64,000 nucleotides of DNA from Trueperaceae bacterium (GTDB taxonomy: Bacteria; Deinococcota; Deinococci; Deinococcales; Trueperaceae): positions 1,632,001 to 1,696,000 of the forward strand of contig OZ243956.1 of assembly GCA_965214405.1 (NCBI GenBank), read 5' to 3'. The position numbers were made by a program, and so were the translations under genes. Shown in pieces: positions 59,459 through 64,000 of the stretch (positions are counted from its first letter, which is position 1; each line of letters starts with the position of its first letter). The notes beneath the pieces were generated by a model. That model had not been told where the DNA came from. It saw only the letters and a program-made list of their open reading frames with translations, and did no database searches.

Positions 59459-60439
59459 TTATGAACGTGCGTACGCTTTTTCGCCCGCTTCTACAGCGCG
59501 CAGCCACCCGACAAATGCGGCCAGGCCCTCCTTCAGACCCGTTTTCGGGCTGTAACCCAGCAGGCGCTCCGCTTTAGAGATGTCGGCCCAGGTTTGGGGC
59601 ACGTCGCCGGGTTGTTCGGGCAGCCGGTTGATGAGGGCCTCGACGCCGAGCGCTCCCTCGAGACCCTCAATAAGCTCGTTCAAGCTCACCGTTTGGTTGT
59701 TGCCCAGATTGATGGCCTCAAAAGGCGAACCGTCAAAGGAAAGCGCGGCCATGATGCCCTCGACCGTGTCGTTCACGAAGGTGTAGTCGCGCCGCGTCGT
59801 GCCGTCGCCGTAAACGGGAATGGCCTTACCGTCCAACATAAGACGGGCAAACTTGTGAATGGCTAGGTCGGGGCGCTGGCGCGGCCCATACACGGTAAAA
59901 AAGCGCAAGGCGATGAAGCGGATGCCGTAGAGGTGGCTGTAGACGTGACCCAGGAGTTCCGCGCTCATTTTGGTGCTCGCGTAGGGGCTGATGGGCTTTA
60001 AGAGATAGTCGTCTTCGCGCCAGGGAACGTTGGGATTCACGCCGTAGACGCTGCTCGAAGAGGCGAATACAAACTGCTTTACGCCCCACTCCTTGGCAAG
60101 TTCCAGCATGTTTTGGGTACCGCTCACGTTCACGCTCTGGTAACCCACCGGGTCCTGGATGCTGGGTCTCACGCCCGCCTTGGCGGCAATGTGGGCGATG
60201 ACGTCGTAGTCGCCCGTCAACTGGGCGCGGAGCGCGCTCAAGTGGCGAACGTCCTCACGGACGAGCCGGTAGTTCGGGTGTTCTTGATGCGCGCAGGTAT
60301 TTTGCTCCTTGACGCTTGCGTCGTAAAAGGGGTCGAAGTTGTCGACAACCGTGACGTCGCAGCCGCGCGCCAAAAGCTTGTCGACCAAGTGGCTGGCGAT
60401 AAACCCAGCGCCTCCCGTAACCAGTACACGTTTCATCAT
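59459..60439 (-). CDS. NAD-dependent epimerase (UDP-glucuronate 4-epimerase-like)
   Basis: TGGAGFI, AAKAGVRPS, SSSSVYG, YASTK, RFFTVYGP.QRPDLA. Confidence 0.88.
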   Translation of the reverse strand: MMKRVLVTGGAGFIASHLVDKLLARGCDVTVVDNFDPFYDASVKEQNTCAHQEHPNYRLVREDVRHLSALRAQLTGDYDVIAHIAAKAGVRPSIQDPVGYQSVNVSGTQNMLELAKEWGVKQFVFASSSSVYGVNPNVPWREDDYLLKPISPYASTKMSAELLGHVYSHLYGIRFIALRFFTVYGPRQRPDLAIHKFARLMLDGKAIPVYGDGTTRRDYTFVNDTVEGIMAALSFDGSPFEAINLGNNQTVSLNELIEGLEGALGVEALINRLPEQPGDVPQTWADISKAERLLGYSPKTGLKEGLAAFVGWLRAVEAGEKAYARS

Positions 60440-60863
60440 CACCCTTTTTCCTCTACCGCACGCCGCTCGAGAGCGTATTGTGTGCATTTCAGTCGGTCTG
60501 CCCTGTTTTGACTCTACGCACTTTAATCTTACAAAAAGATAACTCTAGCAAGGATGCTGCGCCGCCTACTGCTATCATACCGTTTATACGCCATAACTCT
60601 TAGGCAGGATCCCAAGAGATTCACACTGAAATTTATACTGGGAATTCGCTCCGAAGTTCCATTGTCGGAGCCTTTTAGAGTTTACCGGTCTTTTATCATC
60701 AGGAGCCCACGCAGCAGAAATCCCCACCCTACACCCCCGCCAAACACAGAGTCCGCTTTGTAACGATGGGAGTCGTGTTTGCTATTTCTGAATAATACCA
60801 CGCCCAACCGTGTGGGGGCGTGGTGGCGCATTGGCTCGAGGCGGTACCTGTTATAGTTGCCGC

Positions 60864-62426
60864 ATGACGGAAACGCGTTCGGCGGCCATACCCGACATGG
60901 CAAGCTCTACTAGAGCAGCCCCTGAAGCGCCGCCGCTCCTCCACATGAAGGGCGTCACCAAACGTTTTCCCGGCGTTCTCGCCAACGACCATGTCGACCT
61001 CGTGGTCCGCGCGGGCGAGGTCCACGCGCTTCTGGGGGAAAACGGGGCGGGCAAAACAACGCTCATCAGCATCCTTTACGGCCTCTACACCCCCGACGAG
61101 GGTGAGATGCGTCTCTCGGGAAAGCCCACACGTTTTCGCTCGCCCAAAGACGCCATGCAGGCGGGTGTCGGGCTGGTGGCGCAGCACTTTACGCTCTCCA
61201 ACCGCCACACCGTCGCCGAAAACATCGCGCTGGGTTTCCCGACGCCTTTCTTTTTTCCGGCTCGAGCGCTTTCTAAAACCGTAGCCGAGCTTAGCAAGCG
61301 CTACGGGCTCGCCGTGGACCCGCAGGCGGAAGTCTGGACGCTCTCGGCAGGCGAGAAGCAGCGCGTGGAGATTCTCAAGGCGCTGGTCCACGGCGCGAAA
61401 ATGCTCATCCTTGACGAGCCGACGAGCGTGCTCACGCCGGGCGAGGCGGAGGGGCTGTTCGGGGTGTTAGAGGGAATGAAGCGTGAGGGCCAGGCGGTCA
61501 TTTTTATCTCGCACAAGCTGGGCGAGGTGATGCGCGTGGCCGACAGGGTGACGGTGCTGCGTAAGGGTGCGGTGGTCGGCAACCTGCGCCGGGAGGAGGC
61601 GAGCGTGGAGGGCCTGGCCGAGCTTATGGTCGGGCGCAACGTCACCCCGGTGCGAAACACGCGCGCGGGCGCTTTCGGGAAGCCGGTGCTGCGCGTCCAA
61701 GATTTGCGGGTTACGGGCGACCGCGGCGGCGAGGCGCTGTCCAGGGTGTCTTTCGACCTTTATAAAGGAGAAATCCTCGGCGTCGCCGGGGTCGCGGGCA
61801 ACGGTCAGCGCGAGCTTGTGGACGCGCTGACGGGGCTGCGGCGTCCGGTGGGCGGGACCGTCACCCTGTCGGGGCGTGACGTGACCCGTCTTTCGGCGGG
61901 AGACCTTTTCGGGGCCGGGGTCGCGCACATCCCCGAGGACCGCAACCGTGCGGGCGTCGTGCCCGCCTTTTCGGTCGTTGAAAACCTGATGCTGCGCGGC
62001 TACCGCGACCCGCCCCTGTCACGGGGGCCGCTGCTCGACTACAGGGTGGCCGAACGCGTCGCGCGTGAGGCCATCACCTCCTACGACGTCGCCACACCCT
62101 CGCCCAACACGCCGACGCGCCTTCTCTCGGGGGGCAACGTGCAAAAGGTTATCTTAGCCCGTGAACTCGCGGGCCAGCCCGTGCTCATCGTCGCCGCGCA
62201 CCCTACCTACGGTCTCGACGTGGGGGCGGCTGAAAGAACGCACAGGGCGCTGCTCGAGAAACGCGCCGAGGGCGCGGGGGTGCTGCTCGTGTCCGAAGAT
62301 TTAGAAGAGCTGCTGCTCTTGGCCGACCGCATCATGGTCCTTTTTGGAGGCCGCGTCATGGGCACCCTACCCGCCGAGGGGGCCGACAGAGAAAAACTCG
62401 GTTTAATGATGGCGGGCGTGACGTGA
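60864..62426 (+). CDS. ABC transporter ATP-binding protein (nucleoside/sugar type, two NBDs)
   Basis: GENGAGKT, LDEPT, LSGGNVQK. Confidence 0.93.
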   Translation: MTETRSAAIPDMASSTRAAPEAPPLLHMKGVTKRFPGVLANDHVDLVVRAGEVHALLGENGAGKTTLISILYGLYTPDEGEMRLSGKPTRFRSPKDAMQAGVGLVAQHFTLSNRHTVAENIALGFPTPFFFPARALSKTVAELSKRYGLAVDPQAEVWTLSAGEKQRVEILKALVHGAKMLILDEPTSVLTPGEAEGLFGVLEGMKREGQAVIFISHKLGEVMRVADRVTVLRKGAVVGNLRREEASVEGLAELMVGRNVTPVRNTRAGAFGKPVLRVQDLRVTGDRGGEALSRVSFDLYKGEILGVAGVAGNGQRELVDALTGLRRPVGGTVTLSGRDVTRLSAGDLFGAGVAHIPEDRNRAGVVPAFSVVENLMLRGYRDPPLSRGPLLDYRVAERVAREAITSYDVATPSPNTPTRLLSGGNVQKVILARELAGQPVLIVAAHPTYGLDVGAAERTHRALLEKRAEGAGVLLVSEDLEELLLLADRIMVLFGGRVMGTLPAEGADREKLGLMMAGVT

Positions 62427-62454
62427 GGTGGGTATAACGTGAGGAAAACGTAAC

Positions 62455-63609
62455 GTGAGACCTTTCCTGCGTTTTGAACCGAGACCCGATCCTTCGTGGC
62501 GGGTGATTCTCACCGTGTCCGTGGGAGCCGTTTTAGCCGCTTTTGTGGTGACGGGCTTTATCTTTTGGGGCTACGGCGTGTCTCCACTGGGCGCTTACGC
62601 AACCATTTTTCAGTTCACGCTGGGTGACTTTCAGGGTGTGGCGAACGTGCTCCTCAAAACCGTTCCCCTGCTTCTTTGCGGCGTCGGCTTGGTGCTGGCT
62701 TTTCGCGCGCAGTTTTACAACATCGGCGCGGAGGGTCAACTGCTGTTGGGCGCGGCGGCCGCCTCGGGCGTGGCGCTCTTCGCGCCGCTACCGGGGTTTC
62801 TGCTCTTGCCCGCCATGTTCGCCGCCGGTTTTTTGGCGGGCGCGCTCTGGGGTCTCTTGCCCGCGCTCCTCAAGGTCAAGTTGGGCGTCAACGAAATCAT
62901 CACCACGCTGATGATGAACTACGTGGCGCTCTACCTCGTGCAGTTTCTTATCCACGGCCCCTGGCGCGGGGAGAGCATGATGGGCTTTGCCTATACCGAC
63001 ATGTTCGCGTCCGCCGCCTGGCTGCCGACTTTACCCGGCACGCGCCTTCACTGGCCCACGCTGCTCATCGGGCTCCTCCTCGCTCTTGTCACCGCCTGGC
63101 TACTCGCGCGCACCAAGCTCGGCTTTGAGATTCGGGTGATGGGCTCGAGTCCCGAAGCCGCGCGCTACGCTGGGATAAGCTTTTTGCGCGTGACGCTCCT
63201 CTTGGTGCTCGTCTCGGCGGGCGCGGCGGGGCTCGCGGGGGTGGGTGAGGTGGCGGGCATCCACCACCGCCTGTTGGACCCCGACCAGATTTCACTCGGC
63301 TACGGCTACACCGCCATTATCGTCGCGCTGCTCGCGCGCGGAAGCGTGCTGGCGACGCTGCCGACGGCCCTGCTCATGGGTTTCGTGTTCGCCGCGGGCG
63401 ACGTCGCCAAGGCCTCGCTGGGACTGCCCGCGCAGATTACGGGCGTCATCAGCGGGCTCGTGCTGCTCTTTCTCATCGGCGCAGAACCGCTTATCCGCTA
63501 CCGTTTACGCCGCGCACCGGCTGGTACGTCGGGCACTTTGTCGAAAACCGGCGTGCTAGCCAGAAACGCCTCACCCAAAAATCCTGAATTGAGCGAAGAG
63601 ACTCCGTAG
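62455..63609 (+). CDS. ABC transporter permease
   Basis: NIGAEGQ, NEIITTLMMNY, A.YAGI, GYGYTAI.VALL. Confidence 0.92.
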   Translation: MRPFLRFEPRPDPSWRVILTVSVGAVLAAFVVTGFIFWGYGVSPLGAYATIFQFTLGDFQGVANVLLKTVPLLLCGVGLVLAFRAQFYNIGAEGQLLLGAAAASGVALFAPLPGFLLLPAMFAAGFLAGALWGLLPALLKVKLGVNEIITTLMMNYVALYLVQFLIHGPWRGESMMGFAYTDMFASAAWLPTLPGTRLHWPTLLIGLLLALVTAWLLARTKLGFEIRVMGSSPEAARYAGISFLRVTLLLVLVSAGAAGLAGVGEVAGIHHRLLDPDQISLGYGYTAIIVALLARGSVLATLPTALLMGFVFAAGDVAKASLGLPAQITGVISGLVLLFLIGAEPLIRYRLRRAPAGTSGTLSKTGVLARNASPKNPELSEETP

Positions 63610-63648
63610 AAGAGACCCTGTAGAAGAGACCCTGTAAAAGAAACCTGT
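63595..63648. repeat. 14-bp tandem repeat, about 3.8 copies
   Basis: gaagagactccgta gaagagaccctgta gaagagaccctgta aaagaaacctgt. Confidence 0.85.
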
Positions 63649-63667
63649 GGGAGTCGGGAGAGGAACT

Positions 63668-64000
63668 GTGGATATCGAGAGCTGGGTTGTTAGCACCGTC
63701 GGGCGGGCGCTCGCCTTTTCTACCCCTTTACTTTGGGCCGCGCTGGGCGAAATCTACGCCGAACGCGCGGGCGTGGTCAATCTGGGCGTCGAGGGGATGA
63801 TGATTTTGGGGGCGCTCTCGAGCTTCGCCGCCGCCCAAACCACGGGTGACCCCTGGCTGGGCCTCCTCGTCGGCGCGTTGGTCGGAGGGCTGGCGGCCCT
63901 GCTGCACGCGTTTATGTCGATCACCCTCAAGGCCAACCAGTACATTTCAGGTCTGGCGCTGACTATCTTTGGTTTAGGCTTGGCCGGACTTTTCGGACGC
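63668..64000 (+). CDS. ABC transporter permease (runs off window; not in the ORF track)
   Basis: GTG start; ...STPLLWAALGEIYAERAGVVNLGVEGMM...KANQYISG. Confidence 0.9.
   Translation, partial: MDIESWVVSTVGRALAFSTPLLWAALGEIYAERAGVVNLGVEGMMILGALSSFAAAQTTGDPWLGLLVGALVGGLAALLHAFMSITLKANQYISGLALTIFGLGLAGLFGR

Noticed and set aside
63595..63648. Short direct repeats as a CRISPR array
   Set aside because: 14-bp units with no spacers and no cas genes; no CRISPR array was seen anywhere in the window.

Overview
GC-rich bacterial chromosome segment. The gene content and style suggest Deinococcota, probably Truepera-like (inference). It is mostly housekeeping: trmFO, dxs, pspA, purD/purN, fabI, mreD-mrdA-minC, acyl-CoA ligase and thiolase, moaA/fdhD/ydeP-like/mobA, tyrA, mrp, guaA, dnaK-grpE-dnaJ, a PrsA-like PPIase, ugd and an epimerase, a nucleoside/sugar ABC transporter, and four tRNAs (fMet, Thr, Phe, Asp). 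Small accessory patches include an eroded island at tRNA-fMet, toxin-antitoxin/nuclease debris, a RES-Xre pair after guaA, and an IS630 abutting a MITE. The most notable feature is at 36.6-41.0 kb: a lasso-peptide-like RiPP cluster with an HPr-kinase-like kinase, an NTP_transf_5-type nucleotidyltransferase, a PqqD/RRE (B1) and a B2 leader peptidase, but no lasso cyclase in the window. It also has a 24-aa precursor missing from the ORF track (40170-40244, MKKVYRKPQLKKLGLLRKLTKFSF). Its lasso-type leader leaves only a 3-residue core, FSF, which cannot form a lasso. The hexamer CTCGAG is strongly over-represented. All family assignments are from motif recognition by eye, not database searches.
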